In this document: one piece after another, positions 41,197 to 50,965 of the stretch
Layout of the letters: every line of letters begins with the position of its first letter
How positions within the stretch are numbered: the stretch's first letter is position 1
Assembly: GCA_963785845.1 (NCBI GenBank)
Contig: CAWAWP010000003.1
Coordinates: forward strand, 738,862 to 802,861
Direction: 5' to 3'
Length of the DNA: 64,000 nucleotides
Origin: an uncultured Chloroflexia bacterium
GTDB taxonomy: Bacteria > Chloroflexota > Ktedonobacteria > Ktedonobacterales > JADMIN01
Translations under genes and position numbers: made by a program
Notes under the pieces: generated by a model
The model's database searches: none
What the model saw: only the letters and a program-made list of their open reading frames with translations
Told to the model about the DNA's origin: nothing

Positions 41197-42466
41197 ATGC
41201 AGACAGAAGAACTCGGGCGGAGCTTACTGCGGGCCTTGGCGACCGTTCCGGACCCGCGCTCGCGCCATGGCCGGCGGCATCCGTTGCCGGCGATCTTGAC
41301 CCTGGCGACGGTGGCCATGCTGTGCGGGGCGCGCAGCCTCTACGCCATCACTCAGTGGGGGCGCGAACAACCGTCGGAGGTCGTGCGCGCGCTCGGCTTT
41401 ACGCGCCAGCCAACCCCTGGGGTGGCGACCCTGCATCGCGTCTTCAAAGCGCTGGACGTAGACGTGTTCGAGGCGGTGCTGGGGCGGTGGGCGCATGCGG
41501 CCTTGGGCGAGCGCGGGAAGGGGGAGGCGATCGCCATCGACGGCAAGGCGCTGCGCGGGCTCCACGGCGAGCAGCTCCCCGGCGTCCGGTTGGTGGCCGC
41601 CTACGACGTCCAGACCGGCCTCGTGCTGGCGCAAAAGGGGGGTCAGGCAGCCACGCGCGCCCGCGGCGCGGGCTGAGGCGCGGGCTGAGGCGCGGGCTGA
41701 GGCGCGGGCTGAGGCGCGGGCTGAGGCGCGGGCTGAGGCGCGGGCTGAGGCGGAGGCCGAGTGGGCCGAGGAGAAGGCCCAGGCCGAGCTAAGCCTCGCC
41801 CCGCACCTGCTGCGGCAGTTGGCGTTGCGTGGCCGCTTGGTGACGGGGGATGCGCTCTACTGCCAGCAGGCGCTCTGCGCGCAAATCCAGCAGGCCGGCG
41901 GACACTACCTCTTTGTCATCAAGGCGAATCAGCCGGAGTTGCTGGACGCGGTGCGGTTGCTCTTCGACCAGCCCCCGCCCGGCGAGCGCTTCGCGACCGC
42001 CGGTAGTCGGCGCACGCAGCGCGAGCGGCACGAAGTCCGGACGCTCGCCGCCTCGGCAGCGTTGGCGGACTACCTCGCCGAGTTGGGGTGGGCCGGGGCG
42101 CGCCAGGTTCTGCGGCTGCAGAGCCTGGTGACGCACGTGCGCGGCGAGCGGGCTGGGCAGACGACGCAGTTCGTGCGCTACTTCCTAACGAGCCTAGGCC
42201 CCGAGGTCCCCGTGCGCCGCCTCCTGCGCCTGGTGCGGGAGCATTGGCACATCGAGAACCGGCTGCATTACGTCCGCGACGTGACCCTGGGCGAGGACGC
42301 CAGCCAGGTCCGCTCGGGGGCCGCTCCCGAAGTGCTCGCCGCCCTCCGCAACGCCCTCCTCGGCGTCTTGCGCCACCACGACCATGACAACATCGCTGCC
42401 GCCCTGCGACACTTCGCCTGGACGCCTGGCGCCGCGCTCTGCGTGCTCGGCCTATCTCCTCCATAA
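41197..42466 (+). CDS. ISAs1-family transposase, two frames joined at the G6 run 41637-41642, with an internal (RAEA)n insertion
   Basis: VPDPRSRHGRRHPLPAILTLATVAMLCGARS.., IAIDGKALRG, then ..LVTGDALYCQ..GGHYLFVIKANQPEL..HWHIENRLHYVRDVTLGED. Removing one G gives a continuous ORF. Confidence 0.85.
41666..41761. repeat. 12-bp tandem repeat GCGCGGGCTGAG, 7 perfect copies plus 1 degenerate
   Basis: Read directly. It is in frame with the downstream transposase frame as RAEARAEA... Confidence 0.9.
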
Positions 42467-42776
42467 TGAAAAGACCCTGGGTCCTAAGGAGGAATGCTGG
42501 CATCTGGCAGCACGCACGGCTATACTGATCGTGCCCGTCGCCAGGGATGTGCGATGGATGCCATCCACCTGTCCCGCGCAAGGATCGCCGCCCCACGAAG
42601 AAGGAGTGCCTCATGTCGGTCACGCCGACCCACAAGGCCATCGCGGCGAATGCGGAATGAATTCCATCGGTATTAGGGGACAATTCGCGTGGAATGAGGC
42701 TCGTGAGGAGGGGAGGGGCTGACGCCCAGCCTGCGGAGGGGTCGGAAAGACGGGATAAGCCGGAATAATTCCGGCT

Positions 42777-42828
42777 TGGAGCGGGAGACGGGACTCGAAC
42801 CCGCGACGCCCTCGCTTGGAAGGCAGAT
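42777..42828 (-). repeat. Partial copy of the tRNA-Gly 3' half (att remnant)
   Basis: The first 36 nt, TGGAGCGGGAGACGGGACTCGAACCCGCGACGCCCT, are identical to 55953-55988. After a 1-nt insertion comes GCTTGGAAGGCAG. There is no D-arm or 5' acceptor. A perfect palindrome AAGCCGGAATAATTCCGGCTT (42757-42777) abuts it. Confidence 0.85.
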
Positions 42829-42838
42829 ACGTACTTTT

Positions 42839-43827
42839 TCACCGCTCGCCAGCAGCAAAGCCTGATGAATTCGGCACTTCTCGCGCGACGCAATCATACG
42901 GCGGAAACGGGGCAGTTGCAACGGATGCGGGACCCCTGCCATACGCAATCGTTGTGATGGACGAAGCTTCGTAATATATCTCATCGAGCAACCGCCGGAT
43001 GCCGCCCTTGCGCTCCGCCACAGCCTCCAGCTCCTCGAGGCTGTACACCAGCAGGTCGCCCACCGAGGCGACATCCGCCTCCCGATGCAGGCGCAGCCGG
43101 ACGACGCCCGCCGCGTCGAAGACGCCCAGCGCCATCTCCAGCAGCCGCTCCCGCTTGCGCGCGCGTTCCATGGCATCTAGGCGTGCACCCAAGCCCCGTG
43201 AGTAGTCCGGCGTCAAGGGCAACGGCTGCCCAATCCGCCGCGCCTCGGCCTGGTGCTGCTCCCACTTGCGAAGGCGTAGCTTCTGCTGGCGGCGGATTCG
43301 CCCGGCGAGGCGGTGCATGTACGCCGTCCAGGTCGCGAGGGCCGCACCGGGGTCAGTATCCATCAGTTGTTCGGTCGAGAGCAGGCCTATCGCCATGCGG
43401 TTGAGCAGACGACAGTAGCCGGAATAGCGCGCTGCGCGGATGAGTTCGCGCTGTCTTTAGAGTCCAGCACGCGATCGGCCTCCCACCCAAAGTGGGATGC
43501 GATGTCCACGATGCCATGCTCCGCCCACGCGACATCCAAGCCCGCCCAGATTGCCTGTATCGCGGGACGCAGCACGCGGCGCAGGTGGGACGGTTTCATC
43601 ATCCAGGAGAAGAAACGGAGCACTTTGCGGTCCAGGTCGATTGCTATGCCGCCCTCTGCCCAGATGTTATCCATGATGTCGTCCGCCGCCTCGCACAGCC
43701 GTATGAACTCGACCGCACCTTGGGGACCGGCGACGAGCGCCTGATCCACTGTCTGTCCTCCCCATCGCGCGAAGTACGCTTCGGGGCGGCCATCTTGGAC
43801 GATGACATAACTTGCGCGACTTCCCAT
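42839..43827 (-). CDS. Conserved island protein of unknown function (att-adjacent), with an apparent frameshift at 43456-43458
   Basis: ORF 43387-44025 (real start ATG 43827, MGSRASYVIVQDGRPEAYFARWGG..) joins ORF 42839-43396 (..RELIRAARYSGYCRLLNRMAIGLLSTEQ..ERKGGIRRLL..) if the A3 run becomes A4. Paralog fragments lie at 24379-24470 and 45914-46345. Confidence 0.6.
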
Positions 43828-43934
43828 GGGATCGTCTACCTCTCGTGGCGTAGGCGCTGACGTACAGCGTCCATCCGCGTGTGAAACGTCCAAACCTGAC
43901 GGCAGCGCATAGGCCGGTCGGTGGTGAACGGCCG

Positions 43935-44270
43935 TCAGCCCTGTGGCGTGTCCTCGGCCTCTTCCGTGGGCTGCGTCGCTCGTCGTTCTTCGAGATCTGC
44001 CAAGCGCTGCAGGGCGAGTGCGCATTGCCGGAGGTACTGTGCCGCGAGATCGTGAGGGATCGGAGGAGCGCCGCGCCCGTCTTGCCAGAGGGCGGGATAG
44101 TCGTGCAACCCGATTCCGTTGCCAAGTTCATACACGCGTTTCGCGATGTTCTCGATGAGAAGCAGCCCGATACCTTCATCGTAGGGAGCTTGCTCTTGCT
44201 CCTCGATCTCGTTCTCGAAGCGAAACCTGTAGCGGTACTCCTCCCAGAACTTGCGTGGGGACTTGTTCAT
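43935..44270 (-). CDS. Hypothetical protein
   Basis: 111-aa ORF with an acidic, helical look (FWEEYRYRFRFENEIEEQEQ..). No recognisable motif. Confidence 0.4.
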   Translation of the reverse strand: MNKSPRKFWEEYRYRFRFENEIEEQEQAPYDEGIGLLLIENIAKRVYELGNGIGLHDYPALWQDGRGAPPIPHDLAAQYLRQCALALQRLADLEERRATQPTEEAEDTPQG

Positions 44271-44781
44271 CGCACCCTCCCATACAAACAGCGTTTGCTA
44301 CGGTGTCCGGGTCCGCACACGTTCGGCGGTTCGAGGCCGGTGTGGGCAGATGTCGCACCTCGGGCCACGGGACCCAGCGCACGCGAGCCGCGCGGCCGGG
44401 TAACTCCGTTGTCGCTTGCCCAGAATTCCGCCTGCCGGGACCATTCTATCGCGAACCACGCCCCTTCACACCGCAGCTCGCGGGAGTGACCGTCCATCAC
44501 GCCGCGGCCGCTGGCCCAGCGCTGGTCAGCACGAGCGGTACCTGGGCACGACGCCGCCGAAGAACCGGGTAATGTCCCGACTGGTCGGGTTTTCAGGATA
44601 CCTCGGCAGCGAGAACGAGCCGCCGAGGTACCAACGACCTGCTACCCGGTGTGACCAGCTACCATGAAACGTTCCAGAGGCAGAACTGAACAGGAATCAG
44701 AAACAGCAACTGTGCTATAGCTACCCTGTGACAGTGGACTCTTGTAGGCTTGGAGTGAACAGCTCCAGGAAAGGAGCCACG

Positions 44782-45036
44782 ATGCCGAAGAGTCATCCCC
44801 CGTATTCCGCGGAGTTTCGCGCGGAGGCGGTGCGTCTGGTGCACACGAGCGGGAAGAGTAAGACGGCGATTGCGCAGGACTTAGGCGTCTCCCTGGAGGC
44901 GTTGCGGGACTGGCTGCGCCAGGCGGAACTCGACGCGGGCGAGCGGCACGACGGGCTGACCACCGAAGAACTGGCCGAACTGCGTCGCTTACGACGCGAG
45001 AACAAGATTTTGCGCGAGGAGCGCGAGATCTGGTAA
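44782..45036 (+). CDS. IS3-family transposase orfA (HTH)
   Basis: AAGGAG then ATG 44782. PPYSAEFRAEAVRLV..GKSKTAIAQDLGVS..LRRENKILREEREI. A 1-nt deficit at about 45030 cuts off the usual ..LVKAAAFFARE tail, which sits in the next frame. Confidence 0.8.
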   Translation: MPKSHPPYSAEFRAEAVRLVHTSGKSKTAIAQDLGVSLEALRDWLRQAELDAGERHDGLTTEELAELRRLRRENKILREEREIW

Positions 45037-45076
45037 AAGCCGCGGCCTTCTTCGCTCGGGAGACCAACTCGCTGCC

Positions 45077-45913
45077 GTGGAGAAGTACGGGTTCGTCGAG
45101 CAATTGAAGGCCTGGTATCCCATCGCGCGCCTCTGCCGTGTCCTCGGTGTCTCCCCGAGCGGCTACTGGGCGTGGAAGAAGCGCGTGCCCTCCGCCCGCG
45201 CAACCGCTAACCTGCAGTTACAGGAGCAGATTGTGGCCATTCACGTGGCAAGTCGGGCGACGTATGGCGCGCCCCGCATCCATGCGGAATTGCGCGCGCT
45301 GGGCGTCCGTTGCTCGCGCAAGCGCGTGGCCCGTCTCATGCGTCTGGGTGGCGTGGTCGGCTGTCACCGGCGGCGATTCGTCACGACGAGACGGAATCCC
45401 GCACGTCCCAGCGCTCCTGACCTCGTCCGCCGGCCCTTTGGCGCCTTGGCTCCCGACCAGGTGTGGGTCGCGGACATCACCTACGTGCCGACCGGGCAAG
45501 GGTTTCTCTTCCTCGCCATGGTCCTTGACGCATGCAGTCGGCGCGTGGTGGGCTGGGCGATGGAAGGGCATCTGCGCGCGGACCTCGTTGTCGCAGCCCT
45601 GAACATGGCGCTGCAGCATCGCCGCCCCGCCGCCGGTGTGGTGCATCACTCGGATCATGGCAGCCAATACACCTCACAGGCGTTTCAGGATCGGTGCCGT
45701 GCGGCGGGAATCCGCTCCTCCATGGGCTCAGTTGGAGACTGTTACGACAACGCCCTGGCAGAAAGCTTCTTCGCGACGCTCGAATGCGAGCTGCTCAGGC
45801 TGACGCCCTTTCGCACGCATGCCGATGCTCGGACCGCGCTCTTTGACTTCATCGAGGTCTTCTACAACCGCCGTCGTCGGCATTCTGCCCTCGGCTATCT
45901 TTCCCCAGCGGCC
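45077..45913 (+). CDS. IS3-family transposase orfB (rve/DDE integrase core), C-terminally truncated
   Basis: ARLCRVLGVSPSGYWAWKKR, TYGAPRIHAELR, WVADITYVPT, HSDHGSQYTS, SMGSVGDCYDNALAESFF. It lies in the -1 frame relative to the AAAFFARE frame. Track ORF 45077-46216 reads on into antisense of the neighbouring fragment. Confidence 0.85.
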
Positions 45914-46345
45914 TTCGAAGACCCTCAGCGTCATCTCCAGCAGCTGTGCCCGCTTCGTCGTGCGCGTGAGCGCGTCGAGGCGCGCGCCCACCCCCCGCGC
46001 GAGGTCCGGCGTGAGCGACAAAAGATGGCCGGTGCGCCGCTGCTCCGCTTGGTGCCGCTGCCACTGTTGGACGCGCAGCTTCTGCTGGCTACGGATGCGC
46101 CCGGCGATGCGGGTCATGTAGGCGATGTAGGCGGCGAGCGCCGCGCCAGCGTCGCTGTCCATCGCCTGTTCGGTGGTGAGCAACCCCGCGGACATGCGGT
46201 CCAAGAGACGACGTAGCCGCTGTAGCGTGCCGCGCGCACCAACTCACGCGCGTCCTCGGGCAGGTGCGGTGCCCCGCGCATGGCGAGGGTGGTGAAGCCG
46301 TCGCGCAGCGCCGCCCAGGTCGGGTGCTCCGGCCAGCTTTCACTG
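45914..46345 (-). pseudogene. Internal fragment of a second paralog of the att-adjacent island protein
   Basis: ..ARELVRAARYSGYVV / LDRMSAGLLTTEQAMDSDAGAALAAYIAYMTRIAGRIRSQQKLR..RAQLLEMTLRVFE parallels 42839-43827. It is cut at about 45913 by the IS3 copy, and a 1-nt deficit lies at 46203-46204. Confidence 0.65.
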
Positions 46346-46481
46346 AACCTGCACATCGGGTTACTTAGAGAAGTGTCCTCCTGGCTCGAACAAGCGTCAG
46401 CCAGTGCAAATGAGCCGCGGAGTGTCTGGCTGCGGTTTGCTCCAGTTTTCGCGCTCGCGTGCGGACAAAGTGCCAGCGGTC

Positions 46482-46850
46482 TCAGCGTTTGAGGCGATAG
46501 TAGGTGCCGCTGGGCACGAATTGCTCGCGCCGCAGTACATAGTACGCGACAAACGGCGGGTCGAGGACCAGATTCGGATCGCCCGCCATTTCGAGGTAGT
46601 TCACCTCCTTCTCGTACACAAAGCCCAGGTGTTCGACCACCCGGACCGACGCGGCATTGGCGGGCACCACTGCTGCGACAATGCGGTCCCAGGCGGTCTG
46701 CTCGAAACCGAAGCGAACCATTGCTCGCGCGGCTTCCGTCGCGCATCCCTGGCCCCAATAGGGTGGACCCAGTCGATAGTCGAACTCACCTTCGGCCGTG
46801 TTCGGGACCCCTTCGATGCCGCAGAGGGGCCGACCGTGCAGCACTAGGAC
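46482..46850 (-). pseudogene. GNAT N-acetyltransferase (RimJ/RimL-like), C-terminal fragment
   Basis: ..EFDYRLGPPYWGQGCATEAARAMVRFGFE..RIVAAVVPANAASVRVVEHLGF. About 70 N-terminal residues are missing. Confidence 0.7.
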
Positions 46851-46859
46851 GGCGGCGCG

Positions 46860-47462
46860 TTGCGCTGGATACACAGCACCGGCGGGCCGCTGCTCCTGGT
46901 GCCGACCGAGCACGTGCGCTCATGGGAAGGCATCGATCCGCCGCCTCGCAGGCGGCAGGTCGTCGCACGCTTCCGCTGGGCCGGTCCCGACGCGCCGGCC
47001 ACCGACTACGATCGGGCGTGCGACGTCGACGGCTGGCTCGGCGTGCTGGAGATCGGCAGCGGCCACGGCGTGGTGCTGGGCGACGAGCCGATGGGGACCA
47101 CCTGGCAGGCATCCGGGTCACTTGAGGCGTCTGGCGAGAGCGAAGGCACTGCGGGAGGCCTCTTGGTCCGCTGGATGTATGCCGACAGCGAAGCCGAGGC
47201 CCTCCGCGCGCTCCAACGGGTGCCCGAGACCGCGTGGCGAGACGATGGCATCGTCCTCGAAGTCGGCGGCGAGGGGCTCTGCTTGATGGACGCGGCAACC
47301 CCCAGGAGCGAATTGGCCGACGACGACCACCTGACGATCCACCTGCCGCCCGGGACGTACGCATTTGCCACGGCGGAGCACCGCCCCGATAGCCAAACGA
47401 GCCTAGTGCTCCATCGACTGACCCGACGCGGCAGTGCGGCGCACGAGCTCACAGGAAGATAG
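46860..47462 (+). CDS. Imm21-family immunity protein (orphan, paralog of 37359-37958)
   Basis: WIHSTGGPLLLVP..SWEG..DYDRACDVDGWLGVLEIG..VVLGDEPMGTTW..LVRWMYADSEAE..LMDAATP..LPPGTYAF..LVLHRL. TTG start, because an in-frame TAG lies 5 codons upstream. Confidence 0.7.
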   Translation: MRWIHSTGGPLLLVPTEHVRSWEGIDPPPRRRQVVARFRWAGPDAPATDYDRACDVDGWLGVLEIGSGHGVVLGDEPMGTTWQASGSLEASGESEGTAGGLLVRWMYADSEAEALRALQRVPETAWRDDGIVLEVGGEGLCLMDAATPRSELADDDHLTIHLPPGTYAFATAEHRPDSQTSLVLHRLTRRGSAAHELTGR

Positions 47463-48164
47463 GCAAAGGAAGCGATATCTTCACGAAACCACGCTTGGAA
47501 GGCACCGCGCCGTCTCAGCGCCCTAAAACAACGCTGCCCCGCTGGCGCAAAGTCGCTTCTGATGCCTGCGCAGGCGCCTCAAACTACAAAGCTGAGGGCA
47601 GGGTTACCGTGAACGAGCCGAACCAGGGAGCAATATACCTGGTCTTTAGCTCAGGAGCAACACCCCTGTCACCCAGGTTTGCGCGAGTCTCAGCGCAGTC
47701 TCGCGCAATTTCTCAGTGCCGCTCTTCGGAGCACAATACGCGGCACCTTCGTTCAACTGATTCCTCACGGAAGATAGCAGTTGGCATGTGATTGGCGCGA
47801 TTGGAAAGTATTAGCAGGTCTGCCGGAGGGGTGATGGGCGACTTGTTGACCGGCCTCTAGGCCTGAAGACAGCGAATTCCTGGGCCGAACACTGCCGCAC
47901 CAGCAAGCCTGAGAAGTCTTACGCGTTCGTTGGTAGCTTGTTTATCGCTACCGCTCCCCAGGCGGGGATTTCCGCCGGCCCGGCGGTATGCAGGCAGCCA
48001 ATGGGGAAGCTGATTAGCGCAATGACCCAAACGTTGGACACCAAGACGAGGGCGACGACCGTTCGGTCGCCGGTTCTTCGCTTGTTGGGGCGATGGTTGG
48101 TTGCATATACACTATCTGACCAGTGACGGTCGTAGCAACGCCTATCTCGCCATGTGATCGCTGG

Positions 48165-50341
48165 CTAGCGCGCCGCCAGCGCAGCACGCACCCGTTCGGG
48201 CGTAAACGGCACACGGCGCAGTCGCGCACCGGTGGCCGCATAGACGGCGTTGGCGACCGCAGCCGCGACCGTGACCGTGGCCGGCTCGCCTGCGCCCATC
48301 GATGGCTCGTCCGCCCGGTTGATCAGCACGATCTCCACTTCCGGCACCTCAGAGAACGTCAAGATAGGGTAGCCCGCCCAGTCCACGGTCGTTTGTCCGC
48401 CGCTGTCGAAGTGCACTTCTTCCTTGAGCGCTCGGCTGAGCGCCTGGATCACGTTTCCTTCTACCTGGTTGCGCACCCCGTCGGGATTGACTATCAACCC
48501 GCAGTCGTGGGCCACAACGATGCGTCGCACACGCACGACGCCGGTCGCCTCGTCCACCACGACGTGTGCCATCATGGCCACATATGCCTGATCGTTCTCG
48601 TAGCAAGCGAAGGCGAGGCCTCGCCCTTCACCAGCAGGCACCATCTCGCCCCATCCACCGGCCTGCGCCGCTGTCTCCAGCACCGTGCGACCGCGTGGAT
48701 CATCCAAGTGACGCAGGCGGAAGGCCAGGGAGTCGGCCTCGGCCGCGGAGGCCAGTTCATCCATGAAAGACTCGTTGGCAAAGGTATTGCCCGCGCCTCC
48801 CAAGCTCCGCATAGACGACGTGCGCAGCGGGGGATCCGCGACGCCATGCATGAGGATCTGTTGGTTCGCCAAGGCATAGTTGGTGGGCGCGTTGCGCGCG
48901 CCGCCCATGAAGAAGTACCCAGCCGGAGACGGCGGTGGGTCGCGTCCTTCGCGCACCTCGCGCCCCGCCAGCAGGTCAGCCGCCGTGCGCGGCCGGTTCG
49001 TGTGCGTCGGGGACCAGACGTCGTAGCGCCAGCCCGCGATGCACCCGTCGTCGTCCAGCGTGGCGGTCACCTCGATGACCATGGGCGCCGCCTTGGGCTC
49101 GCCAATGAACTCATCACGTCGCGACCACTGCACGCGTACCGGCCGGCCGACCTCGTGTGCCAGCAATGCGGCATCCGCCGCCACGTCCTCAGAGCCATTC
49201 TGGCCATAGGCGCCCGCACCTTCCACATGGACGACGCGAACGCGCTCGGCAGGTAGCTGCAGCAGGTCAGATAGGGCCCCGCGCAGCGGATAGACCCCAC
49301 CAGAGCTGGCCCAGACGGTCAGCATACCATCCTGCCAGTCAGCGACGGCGCACGACGGGCCGATGGACGCGTGTGCCTGGAAAGGATGCTCATAGACGGC
49401 GCGCACACGCTTGGCCGCACTCTGCAGCGCACGCTCGGTATTTCCCGACTCCGCGATGACCTGATCGAACGTCGGCTGCGCGCGCATCCAGTCGTGGAGG
49501 TGCTCCATCGGCGGTAGGTCGGCCGTTTCCTCCACGCCACCTGGATCTGGGCTGCTGCCTTAATCGCCTGCTCTTCGCGCTCAGCCACCACGGCGATGAA
49601 GTTGCCCAGCCGGACGACCTGGGCGTCGCGCACACCTGTGTCATCCACCGCCAGCACCGGGACGCCCGACCTTCGTGCGCGCACCACTCGCCCGTGGAGC
49701 ATGCCGGGCAGGCGCACGTCGTGGACGAAGCTCGGCGCTCCGGTGAACTTGCCCGTCAGATCCACACGCTGCGCGCTGGCGCCAACGAGCTGATACTCCT
49801 GCGGCCGCTTCAGCGGCGCCGACCCGCTGATCTGGCGCGCGAAGGGCTGCCCACCCTGGAGCTCGCCATAGCTGAGCTGCTGCTCGGGCACTCCGCGCAC
49901 TGAAACGACTCCGCCCTGCACCTCCAACTGCTCGCGTGGCGCGCCCAACCGCTCGGCTGCGCGCTCCAAGAGAGCTAGGCGCGCCTCCGCTGCTGCCTTG
50001 CGCAGTTGCCCTCCGCCCATACGCACGGTCATGCTGCCCGCCGTATAGCCTTCGTCGGGTGCACGGCCTGTGTCGCCCATCACCAGGCGCACGCGCTCGA
50101 GTGGGACGTTCAACTCCTCGGCTACGATCTGCGCCAGCGCCGTCCGCACGCCCGTGCCGGTCTCCACCTTGCCGCTATAGGCGACCACCGTGCCGTCGGG
50201 CTCGACGGCGATCCAGTCGTCTAGGCTGGTGCTGGCGCCACCCCAGAACGAGCGCTGCGGCGACGCCGTCTCAGCTTGACCACTCGCCGGCACGTTGGAC
50301 TCGGCCGCCCTACGATCGCGCGGCGATGCATGCTGTGTCAT
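48165..50341 (-). CDS. Molybdopterin-binding large subunit of a two-subunit Mo-hydroxylase (IorB / xanthine-dehydrogenase family), with an apparent frameshift near 49529-49534
   Basis: ORF 49319-50359 (..YSGKVETGTGVRTALAQIVAEEL..MGDTGR.PDEGYTAGS) and ORF 48165-49535 (..FQAHASIGP.., GAGAYGQNG, MGAGEPA) join as ..QIQVAWEETADLPP if one G is added. The start ATG 50341 overlaps the upstream stop (ATGA). Confidence 0.85.
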
Positions 50342-50820
50342 GTGGCGTCGCCTCCCCACATCAGCGCGTCTGCCCGACGGACTGCCCGCAGGACACGGAC
50401 GTGTGAGCCGCAGCGGCAGAGGTTGCCATCCAGCGCTGCCCGGATCTGCTCATCCGTGGGATGAGGGTGGTGCCACAGCAGTGCTGCCACAGCTATGATC
50501 AGGCCAGGGCTGCAGTAGCCACACTGCGCCGCCTGCTCCTTGATGAATGCCTGCTGCACTGGATGCGGCTCGTCGGCGGTGCCCAGGCCCTCCAATGTGG
50601 TGATCTGGGAGCCGGCGACCTCGCCGACCGGCAGCATGCACGATGTCACAGCCTCGGCCCCGCGAAGCACCGTGCAGGCGCCGCACTGCTCGACCCCGCA
50701 GCCGAAGAGTGGGGCATTGAGCCCCAGCTCGTTGCGCAGGATGTAGAGGAGCGGGGTGTCCGGCGTTGCTGCGACGACGTGCGACGTACCATTCACGGTA
50801 ATGGTCACCTGATCGGGCAT
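50338..50820 (-). CDS. (2Fe-2S)-binding small subunit of the Mo-hydroxylase (IorA/CoxS-like)
   Basis: GCGVEQCGACTV and CGYCSPG..LCRCGSH cluster motifs. Start at MPDQVTITVNG (50820). Confidence 0.9.
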   Translation of the reverse strand: MPDQVTITVNGTSHVVAATPDTPLLYILRNELGLNAPLFGCGVEQCGACTVLRGAEAVTSCMLPVGEVAGSQITTLEGLGTADEPHPVQQAFIKEQAAQCGYCSPGLIIAVAALLWHHPHPTDEQIRAALDGNLCRCGSHVRVLRAVRRADALMWGGDAT

Positions 50821-50965
50821 GAGCTGCTCCTCGCAGTGCAACCTCATCCTCAGCTGCCGCTTGCCAAGCGATCCTCAACTCCTAGCCTTATATCATACTT
50901 GTACACGCCACAGCGGTGCTCTTCACCTCCCAGCCATGGGGTGCGGTCGCGCGCAAGCGGGCGGT

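Larger units (their letters stand above)
41155..42479 (+). mobile_element. ISAs1-family insertion sequence (1325 bp) with a 10-bp target-site duplication
   Basis: Perfect 17-bp inverted repeats CAGGGTCTTTTCATTAT (41155-41171) and ATAATGAAAAGACCCTG (42463-42479), flanked by direct repeats GGTCCTAAGG (41145-41154 and 42480-42489). Confidence 0.9.
44729..45913 (+). mobile_element. IS3-family insertion sequence, 3'-truncated
   Basis: Left end TGACAGTGGACTCTTGTAGGC at 44729, with orfA and orfB inside. orfB stops matching after ..HSALGYLSPAAFE (about 45913), where a minus-strand gene fragment begins. No right inverted repeat. Confidence 0.8.

Noticed and set aside
41666-41761. Tandem repeats (12-bp x7 here; also 10-bp at 25296, 11-bp at 20812 and 7-bp at 30211) as possible CRISPR arrays.
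   Set aside because: The units are directly adjacent with no spacers and are far shorter than CRISPR repeats. No cas genes are present.
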